DNA of 64,000 nt from Desulfobacterales bacterium (GCA_963674755.2 CAXXVS010000002.1:1600001-1664000), one strand, 5' to 3'. Shown: positions 52,747-62,607, counted from the stretch's first letter. Notes: generated from the sequence alone by a model not told the origin. Translations and numbers: made by a program.

Positions 52747-53613
52747 CTATCCTTCAATTTCATCAGCCATTGCGTTGAATTGATCTATAAGCTTATTCCA
52801 TTCTTTATTCAACGCTATTTTAAATATGGATTGAATCGCATTTAAAATTATTATCATAAGATCCGCAGATGAAAATAACAATAGATCAACGCCCTTCGTT
52901 TCCGGCCCCCAAAGTATCTCTTCAATCAAATTATCATCGTCAATTTTGAAGTAATGTTCAAGATCCCTTGTGCTTGAATGAATAGTATCACTCAATAAAA
53001 CATATTGAGAATCATAATAGGAAAGCATTCCTGCCGCTTCGGCTTTATCTTTAATAAATAGTTTTTTTATTTTTAATTCCTTAATTTGTTCGCTAATATC
53101 GTCAATATCTATATTAATTTCATCAACCGTTTTACCTTCAATTTTAACGCCCCTCTCATGGTTAAATAAGACGGCTTTCAAGGCGGACCTTCGATGGAAA
53201 TAGTCTTGACATATTAGTTGTTCAATAAAATTTTCATTCTTGGCTACTGCAACAAGATTAAAAGCGATTTCTGAAAGGCATCTCAAAATTGTACGTACTT
53301 CAAAAACCATCCCTTTTTCGGCTAACAAAATTATGCCTTGAAAATTGCTTAAAGCCCTTGTAAGATATCCAGCCGAAATATATTTTTTAGCTAACGCAAG
53401 TTGCCTTTTTTTTCTTTCTATTTCAAAATCGGGGCTGTCTATAATATCTTTTACTTCAATATCGCGTTCAATATGAAGATCCAGCATTTTGGACAAGCCG
53501 AAGCGATTTAGTTTCTCGCATAAAGAGAACCAATGTCTGTGATCATCTAAAATTTGCTTTGCAAATTTATGGATTTCAAATGAAAGGAAACCGTCTTGAT
53601 TTATATCACCCAT
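52747..53613 (-). CDS. AT-rich hypothetical protein (DUF5677-like)
   Basis: R..LSE and Y..LS...H motifs, helical; much lower GC than the flanks. Confidence 0.65.
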   Translation of the reverse strand: MGDINQDGFLSFEIHKFAKQILDDHRHWFSLCEKLNRFGLSKMLDLHIERDIEVKDIIDSPDFEIERKKRQLALAKKYISAGYLTRALSNFQGIILLAEKGMVFEVRTILRCLSEIAFNLVAVAKNENFIEQLICQDYFHRRSALKAVLFNHERGVKIEGKTVDEINIDIDDISEQIKELKIKKLFIKDKAEAAGMLSYYDSQYVLLSDTIHSSTRDLEHYFKIDDDNLIEEILWGPETKGVDLLLFSSADLMIIILNAIQSIFKIALNKEWNKLIDQFNAMADEIEG

Positions 53614-53834
53614 AATAGTCCTCTATTTGATTATGAACTATGAGTACCTAATGCCATTATTGGGAAAAGCGTGCAATAGAAAGGAAAACGGGGACGATGC
53701 CGAAAAGTGGCGTCCCCGTTTTCAATCCGCCTGCATTATGCATCAAGGCACCGGCATACAGGCGTCCCTCCCGAAGCGCTCCAAACTGCGTTCAATATCT
53801 TCAAGCCGCTGGATGACTGTATAAGCCAAGGACA

Positions 53835-53895
53835 GGATTGATCTGACATTATGTTGGTTTGTACACTTTGTCAACAACGTCCCCTAACTGTCCCC
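53835..53895 (-). mobile_element. isolated right end (F5)
   Basis: Near-duplicate of 54179-54236; TIR ends at 53884, followed by TAACTGTCCCC. Confidence 0.8.
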
Positions 53896-53988
53896 AGGTA
53901 TTTTGTTATGGGATACTTTTCGGTTATTTAAAAATTGTCTTTTAGGATTAGCCTTTGTTTATATATGAATGGACGTCCCTGCCCCCTC

Positions 53989-54228
53989 CCCAGGCACAGA
54001 CCGCGGTGCGGGTTTCCGAAGCCAGATTGCCAAGGCGATCCAGGAATCGTTCCCGATCCTGATCTTCATCCACAATGCGACGTCTTTCGATACCCCGAAT
54101 AATCGCATGGTGAAGGGTTCCGGGGGCATCCAGGCGAGGGCCGCGGGGCATGGTTGACTCCTGATAGATCAATTTATGGGATTGATCTGACACTATGTTG
54201 GTTTGTACACTTTGTCAACAACGTCCCC
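53989..54228 (-). pseudogene. transposase 5' fragment plus right TIR (F6)
   Basis: MPRGPRLDAPGTLHHAIIRGIERR...TAVCAW, then an abrupt break. Confidence 0.9.
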
Positions 54229-54235
54229 TAACTGT

Positions 54236-54498
54236 CGGTTCTGCTTGGCCCCCCGCAGTTCCTCCCCTTCGATGAGGAGGATCGGTTTCGACCCCTCGTT
54301 GGTCAGCTTCAACCGGTTGACGTTTCCCGCGTCGTCGACTTCCGTGACCGTCAACACCCCGCTCTCGATGGCCTGCTCCAGGGTCAGGTAGTAGGGCTCG
54401 ACGCCGTTGGCATGCAACACCGGGAACACGGTCAAATTGCGGCAGGTCTGTTTTTTACCAACTTCACAGCCGTTCAAAAAGGAAAGAATGGATTTCAT
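54236..54498 (-). pseudogene. truncated DUF6569/ARPP-1-like gene
   Basis: NLTVFP, YLTL, TEV and GEELRGAKQNR, then runs into the element end; GGAGG RBS. Confidence 0.7.
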
Positions 54499-54650
54499 CG
54501 TGTCGGCCTCCTGGTTGAGTGTTATGGGTGGAGGCTAACATTTCAGTTTGTCAGATAAGGACAGATACTGAGTGGCTGTAGACCGCTTGATAATATACCA
54601 GATATGACATATTATCGCATAGAAATAAAACCATCTGACAAACTCGAATT

Positions 54651-54959
54651 ATGGACAAGAATAAAAAACGACAACTTGAATCCAAGGGTTACCGGGTCGG
54701 AGACACCAAGGACTTCCTTGGGCTCAGCCAGGAACAATCCACCTACATCGAAATGAAATTGGCCCTGAGCCAAGCCCTGGCCCGGAAACGCAAACAGCGC
54801 CGTTTGACGCAATTGGAACTGGCCCGGAAGCTCAATTCCAGCCAGTCCAGGATCGCCAAGATGGAAAAGGGGGATCCCACCGTATCCGTGGACCTTCTTG
54901 TCAAAGCGCTTTTGGCCATGGGCGCCACCAAAAAAAGCATAGCTAAAACCATCGGCTGA
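54651..54959 (+). CDS. XRE-family HTH protein (antitoxin-like)
   Basis: LTQLELARKLNSSQSRIAKMEKGDPTVSVDLL. Confidence 0.85.
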   Translation: MDKNKKRQLESKGYRVGDTKDFLGLSQEQSTYIEMKLALSQALARKRKQRRLTQLELARKLNSSQSRIAKMEKGDPTVSVDLLVKALLAMGATKKSIAKTIG

Positions 54960-55082
54960 GGCAACAGCATCGCCTTTTCCGCTTTACGCAAAACTAACCT
55001 ACCCTGTCCTTGAGTATTGTTTTGAAACATCGACCAAAAAAACTCAAGCTTCTGCCTTTGTGATCCCAAGGACACACAGCTA

Positions 55083-56933
55083 TTAATCATTGACCAGCAA
55101 TAACGGTATCCATGGCATGGCGCCCTGACCCATTACCATCCCTTGACTTGCAAGCGTTGATATTTCTCCATCAGTGAGGACGCGATTATATATGCGAACT
55201 TCATCAATCTTGCCTATGAAATGCCCGAAGTGGCTCGCTATTTCACCATACCCGATTTTCAGGGGACTGTCGTTCGTCACGATGTCTGTGTCCCCTACTG
55301 TTGATCGCGTATTGATCAATTTACCATTGCGATAGATCTTTTGTACATGTCCTTCATGGTCATAAACACCGACGATATGGTACCATTTGTTTAATGCGTT
55401 TACATCCGATGTGCGGACACCTTCAATCACGCCGCCCGACATCGACCAGTCCCTGACAGCGAAATCAGTGCTGTGGCAAAAATCTAATTCGTAGTTTCTC
55501 CCACCCCCGTAAAAATCATTATTCGACTTTGATAAAATATGGCTGCATGTGTTTGTCTCATATCCAGTGGGGTAGGCCCAGGCTGATATAGTGAACGAGT
55601 CTTCTAATTTCAGTGTATCGGTGCTGGGGATAACGATCTCGTCATCGAGCCCGTCAAACATTGCGCATTGCCCGATTACGCCTTCGCCAAAGGTAACGCC
55701 GTTTTCTATAGCGCCATTGTTGTCATTGTCGGTGGCGTCCAGGGCATCCCCGTCCATTGGATAATGGGCGACCAGTCCGAAATTGAGGTCACCAGCCAAA
55801 TTTATCGTGGTTAACTCCCAAATAAATTCGGTTTCATAACAGGTGACATCGCCGTGCGGGGGGTATTCCCTGTCATTAATGATGGCCTTGATAATGCCGA
55901 TGTCCGGATTCGTCCAATACGTGTCCGTATTAATTCCCTCTTCCCCATCGTCCTGCTCGTAATGATAGACCACCTGAAATTTCACGCAGGGAAAAGTGCC
56001 CGCTGGCACATCGACGCTTTCATTGCTTAAATAGGTGATGTGGGCATCAATATCGTAGGTGCCCAGGGGCCTGTCGGACTCGTCATAGTCTCCATCGCCC
56101 AGGTACAAATCACTGGCGCTGTCGTCCAACACTAACGGGATAAGTTCCAAGGGATTATTGTTGATGGCCGTTAAAACATCGTCGCCGTCGTCCTCGTGCG
56201 CCAGTTCGACAACCTGCTGAATCGCGCTGGGCGATAAATGCCAAGAAAATTCTTCCGACAGACTTCCCAAGTCAGGGACGTCGGTCTGTAGATGGAACAC
56301 CGTGCATTCGTAATCATCTGGTATTTGAACAATTTTTCTTTCCTTAGCCTCCAAAACGATGGTTCCCGTATAAAGCACGTTTTCAGCATGTTCGAAATTG
56401 CCGTAAAGATAACCCCACTGAAGGGAAACCTGATCGCCATTTGCATCGATAATAGCGGTGATTGCATATCGTCCCTCTTTGGTTTTAAACCATCGCGCGC
56501 CGCCGCCTCTGTAGTCCCACGTATCGTTAAAGACAGTCCCTTCAGAGCGCCAGTCGGAAGGCGGCGGTAGAAATGTTTGGGTCCCGAAATAATCGCCTAT
56601 CGGTCCGTAAACGCTTGAAATGCCCGTTTCCGAGAAGGAATCGACGTAAACCCCTTGGCTGTTGCCGGTGAAGGCGATGTCGCCATCTTCCATATCGACA
56701 ATTTTGCCCGACGAAAAATCAAAGCCGGATCCCACTGGGACGATTGTCACTTGAAGATCATCACGGTCTACATTCTCGAACATCGAATACGTAACGTCAT
56801 ATTCCCACCGATTGCCGATATTGAAAAACGCTTCCTTGAATAACTGATGTTCTGCAGCGTTAGCATTTGAAACAAAAAACAGCGAACACAATAGAAGTAT
56901 TATCAGAAAACCTCTTCTCTTTTCCGATCTCAT
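55083..56933 (-). CDS. secreted protein with C-terminal LamG-like domain and AMPWIPLLL tail
   Basis: Signal peptide (ANA), GLVAHYPMDGDA, FTISAW, WYHIVGVYD and GKIDEVRIYNRVL. Confidence 0.85.
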   Translation of the reverse strand: MRSEKRRGFLIILLLCSLFFVSNANAAEHQLFKEAFFNIGNRWEYDVTYSMFENVDRDDLQVTIVPVGSGFDFSSGKIVDMEDGDIAFTGNSQGVYVDSFSETGISSVYGPIGDYFGTQTFLPPPSDWRSEGTVFNDTWDYRGGGARWFKTKEGRYAITAIIDANGDQVSLQWGYLYGNFEHAENVLYTGTIVLEAKERKIVQIPDDYECTVFHLQTDVPDLGSLSEEFSWHLSPSAIQQVVELAHEDDGDDVLTAINNNPLELIPLVLDDSASDLYLGDGDYDESDRPLGTYDIDAHITYLSNESVDVPAGTFPCVKFQVVYHYEQDDGEEGINTDTYWTNPDIGIIKAIINDREYPPHGDVTCYETEFIWELTTINLAGDLNFGLVAHYPMDGDALDATDNDNNGAIENGVTFGEGVIGQCAMFDGLDDEIVIPSTDTLKLEDSFTISAWAYPTGYETNTCSHILSKSNNDFYGGGRNYELDFCHSTDFAVRDWSMSGGVIEGVRTSDVNALNKWYHIVGVYDHEGHVQKIYRNGKLINTRSTVGDTDIVTNDSPLKIGYGEIASHFGHFIGKIDEVRIYNRVLTDGEISTLASQGMVMGQGAMPWIPLLLVND

Positions 56934-57017
56934 TATTCTTCTCCTTCCCATCGCTTGAGATCATTATTACTGGAACACAAAACACCTTTTCTGCATATTG
57001 TCGCTGTAATTATAAGA

Positions 57018-57859
57018 TTACTCCACAAGAAGCAGCGGGATCCACGGCATTGCCTTTAATTCAGATGTCTCGTCCTTGATATTTGGATCTCCTTCGCCCG
57101 CATCCACTTGGCCGTTCCGATTAAGGTCTTCATCACCATCGGAGACTCCATCGCCGTCAGTGTCTGCCAAAAGTGGATTCGTTGTGGTAGAAGAATCCGC
57201 ATCCGGGACAAAAACCGCCAAGTCTGTATCCGACCCCACATCGGCCTCGGTCAGGCCGCTCTCGGTCCATCCTAGATGCCGTCGTTATCGGTGTCAGGAT
57301 CGCAGGGGTCGGTTTCGCCCGCATCAAGCACACCGTTGTGATTGGCGTCTTCCACCCCGTCCAGGATGCCGTCGTCGTCCGTGTCGGCATCGTTGGGATC
57401 TGTGCAGCCGGATTCCTCCAAAGAATCCTGTAAACCGTCGTTATCTGAATCCTGAATTTCGGAGGCTTGGAGAAAAAGACTGTGCTCGGATCCCGCTGCT
57501 ACCTGGGAAACATCGCTGGCGACCTGTACGGGCGTGATGCGATCGGTGCTCGTGCCGTCGCCTAGTTGGCCAGATTCATTATAGCCCATGGCCCAGAGCG
57601 TGCCGTCGGTCTTTACAAACAGGCTGTGAACGGGTCCCGCAGCCACCTGAGAAATATCTGTGGCGACCTGAATGGGTGTGATGCGTTCGGTGGTCGTGCC
57701 GTCGCCGAGCTGGCCATAGGAATTAGCGCCCATCGCCATAAGCGAGTCCGCTCTTGAACTTATTGGAATTATGGCCACCAGAAGAGCGAAGGAGGTAATC
57801 ATGAAAAACGATAATTTGGTCCTTCTCATGATTAACTTCGGAATTGGGAAACAGGTCAT
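57018..57859 (-). pseudogene. disrupted secreted RCC1-repeat / DxDxDG Ca-binding repeat protein with AMPWIPLLL tail
   Basis: GxNxxGQLGDG repeats and DTDxDG repeats; TAG at 57272-57274 plus a 1-nt deletion just after it split one gene into two ORFs. Confidence 0.8.
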
Positions 57860-57868
57860 ATCGGTCTC

Positions 57869-58234
57869 CTAAAGCCAGCTGATGTTGTTAAGAGGACATC
57901 CGCTAGATCGAATTTCATCGGCTTTTTTGGGGTTACGAAAATCCGCCACGACGTCGGCTTCGCACCGCGCAAAATTCAGCCGACCGCTGCGCATGTGCGC
58001 CTGCAGATAAATCGGGTACCCGTGGCCCGATACTAGATCGACCGCGTACCAGGTCGCAGTGCCGCAATACTCGACATTATGAACCTCATCGAATCCAGGA
58101 AATAGATCGGCAGAATATTGATCGACGGCCGAAACCATCTCGATGCAGGTAAGATCGGCGGCTTGGGAGGAAGGGATTAAAAGCGTTACGGCAAGGACGA
58201 CCAGAAAACACCACAGCCCCATTCGGTTTGGCAT
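57869..58234 (-). CDS. small secreted Cys-containing hypothetical protein
   Basis: GGAGA RBS, signal peptide ending SQA, 4 Cys in the mature part. Confidence 0.65.
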   Translation of the reverse strand: MPNRMGLWCFLVVLAVTLLIPSSQAADLTCIEMVSAVDQYSADLFPGFDEVHNVEYCGTATWYAVDLVSGHGYPIYLQAHMRSGRLNFARCEADVVADFRNPKKADEIRSSGCPLNNISWL

Positions 58235-58546
58235 TGCGATCTCCAGGTGAATTCAGAAGAGAATGAAAAAGGAACGATGTCTGTATGGATATTCGACACT
58301 TGTGTAATCCGGCCGATGAAAGGGATGTTTTGTTGGGAGAAAAGAAAGTGGGATTCGGCACGGGCGGAGTCCGAATTACATACAGTCCATATGATGGTTC
58401 GACGCTCCATGACCGACCCTATTGTGGTTTCACAATTTATTTATCTGGATACCGCAGCCATAGATATACGGATAAGCCAATAAGGTTGTAATTTCAGCCG
58501 GCAGTGAACCATTGCGGTTCAGGGAAGGGATCAGAAGTATAATACG

Positions 58547-58562
58547 TGCAAAAAACAAGCCG
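58547..58562 (-). promoter_or_regulatory. sigma54 promoter for the secreted-protein cluster
   Basis: Minus strand CGGCTTGTTTTTTGCA is GG-N10-GC; AT-rich tract and palindrome ATTATGAA-N6-TTCATAAT about 85-105 bp upstream. Confidence 0.55.
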
Positions 58563-58984
58563 TAATTATAGGCACTTATTGATTAGGTAATTTGTAAATA
58601 ACCGCAGATAGATTAGGTTACTCGAAATATTTATGCGACGTCTAATTATGAAACCGGGTTCATAATCCTTGTCCTGATAATGGGAATTCAAATACCCATA
58701 TTGAAATTGTCTACTTGCCGTTATTGCCTGGCGCGGGGGGACTACCTAAAGCCGAGCCTGCTGTTGGATTCTTAACAGCCTGGATGAGTTTTACATGCTG
58801 ATAGGTTTAGCCGAAGCCGACGGACAGCAAAAGAATGGCAGACAAAACTACAAAGTCAATAAGTAGGAACACTTCCTGATATATCACCTGTGATGAGTTC
58901 CAGCCCCTGCTACAATCAGAACTGAAAACCCTCTTGGCCCTCAAACGGATGATTGTCCCCTGATTCACCAAGCCGGGAGTGCCC

Positions 58985-60199
58985 CTACCGGCGAACGCAA
59001 ACCGTTATTGCCGTCTCTCCTTTCCTGTAAACCCAAGACGACAACACCGTCACCGAGATGATCATCAGCCCGGACAGACTCAGCAGCAGGTGACTGTTGC
59101 AATATTCCAGCAGGAATCCGTACACCAGCATGGCAAAGGGGATGGAAAAGTTGCCCACGGAGCTGACCACCCCGAACACCCGGCCGGTCATCTCCGGCGC
59201 GGTATCGGCCTGGATCAGGGATTGGAAGCTGGTGGCCGCCAGGATGATGGACGCGCTCACCAGGAGGAACAGCACGAGGTAAGGGATCAGGTAGGCTGCG
59301 GTGATTTCGGAAAGGCCGATCAAGGACAGGAATAGCCCGATCAGGGCCACCGCCACAAACAACATGGAGGCTTCCCGGCTGCGGATGCTGAAAAAGCTCA
59401 GCACCAGCGCCATAATCACCGCCCCGGCTCCGAAAGCGGTCTGGATATAGCCCATGTTCGCAGGCCCGCTGCCGGGGAGGAGGTCGGCGATCACCGGGAT
59501 GGCCACTTCGATGGAGCCTACGAAGAAGTGGATCACGAACACCATGAACAGGATAACCAGCAGTTTGCGGTCCGCATAAATGGTCCGGTAGCCTTCCTTG
59601 AAGGCCGCAACGAAACTTTCATGGGCCTCTGTTTTGACGGACGGAATGTTGAGAAAGCACTCAAAGAAGGCCGATGCAAAATAGGAGGCGGCATTCAGGG
59701 CGAACACGATAAAGTAGCCGTAAATCGATACCAGGATGCCGCCCAACGCCGGGCCGGCGATATTGGCGAAACCCGACACGAACTGGGTTTTGGCGTTGGC
59801 TTTGGACAGCTCGGCCTTGGGCACGATCATGGGGATCACGGACGGGATAGCCGGGTTGAAAAAGGCCGAATTGAGACCCAGGAGCACCTGGGAGGCCAGG
59901 ATCAGACCGAAGGTCAAGGCGCCTCGAAGGTAGAGGAAGGATACGACGGATACGATGACCCCGCGCAGGATGTCCGTAACGATGATGACGGCCTTGCGGT
60001 CCACCCGGTCCACCACGACCCCGGAAAAGAGCCCGGCCGCCACGAGGGGCAGCATGCCGGCAAAGAGCACCACCCCCATCCTGGCCGCCGACCCCGTGGT
60101 TTCGAGCACCATGAAAGACAGGGCCAGCATGTAGAATTTGTCCCCGGTCTGGGAAACGAGCTGGCCGGAAAGCAGAAGGTTGAGATTTATATTGCGCAC
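58985..60199 (-). CDS. MFS transporter (DHA3/macrolide-efflux-like)
   Basis: GQLVSQTGD, GVVVDRVDRK motif A and GRVFG; about 12 TM segments. Confidence 0.9.
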   Translation of the reverse strand: MRNINLNLLLSGQLVSQTGDKFYMLALSFMVLETTGSAARMGVVLFAGMLPLVAAGLFSGVVVDRVDRKAVIIVTDILRGVIVSVVSFLYLRGALTFGLILASQVLLGLNSAFFNPAIPSVIPMIVPKAELSKANAKTQFVSGFANIAGPALGGILVSIYGYFIVFALNAASYFASAFFECFLNIPSVKTEAHESFVAAFKEGYRTIYADRKLLVILFMVFVIHFFVGSIEVAIPVIADLLPGSGPANMGYIQTAFGAGAVIMALVLSFFSIRSREASMLFVAVALIGLFLSLIGLSEITAAYLIPYLVLFLLVSASIILAATSFQSLIQADTAPEMTGRVFGVVSSVGNFSIPFAMLVYGFLLEYCNSHLLLSLSGLMIISVTVLSSWVYRKGETAITVCVRR

Positions 60200-60308
60200 C
60201 GATTCTTCCTTGTTTGGTTTTAGTGAGGCCTCTCCGAATGGCAGTTAGCTTCAGGAATATCCCTCGAAAGCGGCTTATGGACGGTTTTAAGATTTTGCTT
60301 TTGAATTT

Positions 60309-60479
60309 CCCTTTGTCCCGCGCCGAGCATCGGCGGGACGGCCGGATTAAAGCGCGCGGACTGTCTGAGCGAAGCGAGTTTCCGCGTGCTCCGGCCGTCG
60401 CGACGACGCGCAGGGTTAAGCGGGGCACGGGCGTTTTCTTTTGCTTCTGTTTTCTTGCACGTGCAAGAAAATGAAGAAA
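60309..60479 (+). repeat. structured dispersed repeat, copy B (no insert)
   Basis: CCCTTTGTCCCGCGCCGAGCATC...TCTGAGCGAAGCGAGTTT...TTTTCTTGCACGTGCAAGAAAA. Confidence 0.85.
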
Positions 60480-60632
60480 TCATTTATGGAAATGTGCCCC
60501 AGACAGTAAAGCCTCTTTAAATCCTCCTCCAGCAGTTGATGCTTTATCAGAACTTTTTTTATGCCCTTCGTTTTAAATTGTCCGCATCCCTAAACTGTGA
60601 ACCCATAAACAGGTCAACACCTTCATTTTGTC

Positions 60633-60688
60633 TTGACACCGCCTTAATACACCCGTATTAATACACATGTTTTAATACAAACGTATTA
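60633..60688 (+). promoter_or_regulatory. sigma70 promoter with three tandem operators
   Basis: TTGACA then TAATAC-N4-GT(A/T)TTA at 60645, 60659 and 60673 (14-bp period). Confidence 0.75.
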
Positions 60689-60718
60689 TTGTTTTACCCT
60701 TTTCAAGGAGGCCCCACC

Positions 60719-61348
60719 ATGCCCCTGGAAGATGACGGCTCGACACGCAACAAGCTCCTAATGGCCGCGATCCGCATATTTGCGCAAAACGGGTACAAGG
60801 AAACCACCGTCCGCCAAATCTGCAAGCAGGCCGGCTCCTCGAACATCAACAGCATCAACTACTATTTCGGCGGCAAGGAAGCGCTCTACCGGGAGATCCT
60901 GGAGCTTGTCTTCAGGGAATACGACCTCAGGAAAGATCCGGATTTCGCCTCCAAAACGCCGGAGGAGCGCCTGCGAATCTTTATCGAAACCCATTGCGAA
61001 ATGCTCTACCGCGAGGGGGAGTTCGCATCCGACCTCACCGCCATCTTCATGGCCGAGATGCTGAAGCCGTCACCGTTCCTGACGGAGCTCGTGGATCGCT
61101 ACAACCGCCCGCGGGTCAAGCAGCATCTGGCCATGATCCGCGCAATCATCGGGGACGACAAACCGGAAGCGACCGTTCGTAGCTGCCTCGTCAGCATCGC
61201 CGGCCAGATATTGTACTACAGTTTTGCCTGGCCGGTTTACGCCCGGCTTTTCCCGAGCGACAAGACCGTGCCGGATCATCAAAAGCTGGCCGACCACATT
61301 TACCGGTTTTCAATGGGCGGCCTGACAGCCGTCAAAGGAAAGAAATGA
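60719..61348 (+). CDS. TetR family regulator (CecR/DUF1956-like)
   Basis: LLMAAIRIFAQNGYKETTVRQIC...INYYFGGKEALY and FSMGGL; AAGGAGG RBS. Confidence 0.9.
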   Translation: MPLEDDGSTRNKLLMAAIRIFAQNGYKETTVRQICKQAGSSNINSINYYFGGKEALYREILELVFREYDLRKDPDFASKTPEERLRIFIETHCEMLYREGEFASDLTAIFMAEMLKPSPFLTELVDRYNRPRVKQHLAMIRAIIGDDKPEATVRSCLVSIAGQILYYSFAWPVYARLFPSDKTVPDHQKLADHIYRFSMGGLTAVKGKK

Positions 61349-61349
61349 G

Positions 61350-62504
61350 ATGAGCAAACAGTTTTCGCCACAGATGCTGATGAATGAAGCGGTTGAATCC
61401 ACCGGTTTGGCGGATTTCGGCACAATTCCGTTCCGGGACGGGCTGGAGGCCTTGGTGGAGGCCATCAACGGGCAAGACGATTGGTATGAAAACGCCCTGG
61501 TCTACCTGCACGCCAAAATCGTTCAGATTTTGGCCAACCGCCTTCAGATAACCGATTTTATGGGCGCCAATCCCACCATCGCCGATGAAGAAATCGTGCA
61601 GCCCCTCATCATTGTCGGCTTGCCGCGGAGCGGAACAACGATCCTGCAAACCCTGCTGGCCCTCGATCCCCAATGCCGGTTCCTGCGAAACTGGGAAACG
61701 GCCATGAATATCCTGCCGCTTCCCAGGCTGTTGCACAGCGCGGCTGACCCGAGAATTGCGGCCTTTCACAGCACCGTCGGCGGCCTGCTGGAGATGGCCC
61801 CGACCCTGAATGCCATCAACGGGCTGAACTTTCTGGCCGGCGGCACGGCCGAGTGCCAAAACCTCATGGCCCATGCCTTCCGGAGCATGGAATACTGCGC
61901 CGGATTCGGTCTGCGCGCCTATGGGGAGTGGCTTTTGGCATGCAACATGGCCCCTGGTTATCGCTATCACAAACTGCTCCTGCAACTGCTCCAGCACCAT
62001 ATGCCGAACCAGCACTGGGTCCTGAAAGCGCCCATGCACCTGATCGCACTCGATAGGCTGCTGGATACCTACCCGGATGCACGGATCGTATTTACCCACC
62101 GCGCCCCCTTCGACGCCATGCTTTCCGGATCGAGCCTGGTTTACCACTGGAGTACCTTGGCTTCCGAGCATCCCGACAAAAAGCAAATCGGGAGCTGGTT
62201 TCCGGGACTGTGGGCCAAGGCGCTGCAAAAAGCTCTCACAGCGAGAGCACCCATGGCGCCGGATCGCTTCTTGGATGTCGATTTCGATCAATTCAACAAC
62301 GATCCCATCGGAACCGTCAATTCGATCTATGCGCATTTCCAAATGACGGTCAGCCCGGGCCATGCGAAACGAATGGCTGCCTGGCTGCGGGATAACCCGC
62401 GGTCGTCTTTTGGAAAACATGCCTATAAAGCCGATGACTTCGGCATTATACCGGAAATCGAAGAGAGCCGATTTGCTTTTTATAAAATGCAATTCAATGT
62501 GTAG
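61350..62504 (+). CDS. sulfotransferase family protein
   Basis: IVGLPRSGTT PAPS-binding loop, WVLKAPMH and YPDARIVFTHR. Confidence 0.9.
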   Translation: MSKQFSPQMLMNEAVESTGLADFGTIPFRDGLEALVEAINGQDDWYENALVYLHAKIVQILANRLQITDFMGANPTIADEEIVQPLIIVGLPRSGTTILQTLLALDPQCRFLRNWETAMNILPLPRLLHSAADPRIAAFHSTVGGLLEMAPTLNAINGLNFLAGGTAECQNLMAHAFRSMEYCAGFGLRAYGEWLLACNMAPGYRYHKLLLQLLQHHMPNQHWVLKAPMHLIALDRLLDTYPDARIVFTHRAPFDAMLSGSSLVYHWSTLASEHPDKKQIGSWFPGLWAKALQKALTARAPMAPDRFLDVDFDQFNNDPIGTVNSIYAHFQMTVSPGHAKRMAAWLRDNPRSSFGKHAYKADDFGIIPEIEESRFAFYKMQFNV

Positions 62505-62607
62505 AATCGCCGGGCCAACCATAAATCATTTATAGCGCTCCCCACGACAGCTATAGTGGAAGTCCCCGAAAGGGTTCAATCGGTCGGGAGTGCTTTTCAC
62601 TAAATGG

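Noticed and set aside
44117..54228. CRISPR interpretation of the recurring 17-24 bp repeat
   Set aside because: Spacing is hundreds to thousands of bp, both orientations occur, most copies are attached to transposase fragments, and no cas genes are present.
58360..58420. c-di-GMP riboswitch in the leader of the secreted-protein cluster
   Set aside because: There is some pairing potential, but neither class I nor class II consensus nucleotides are present.
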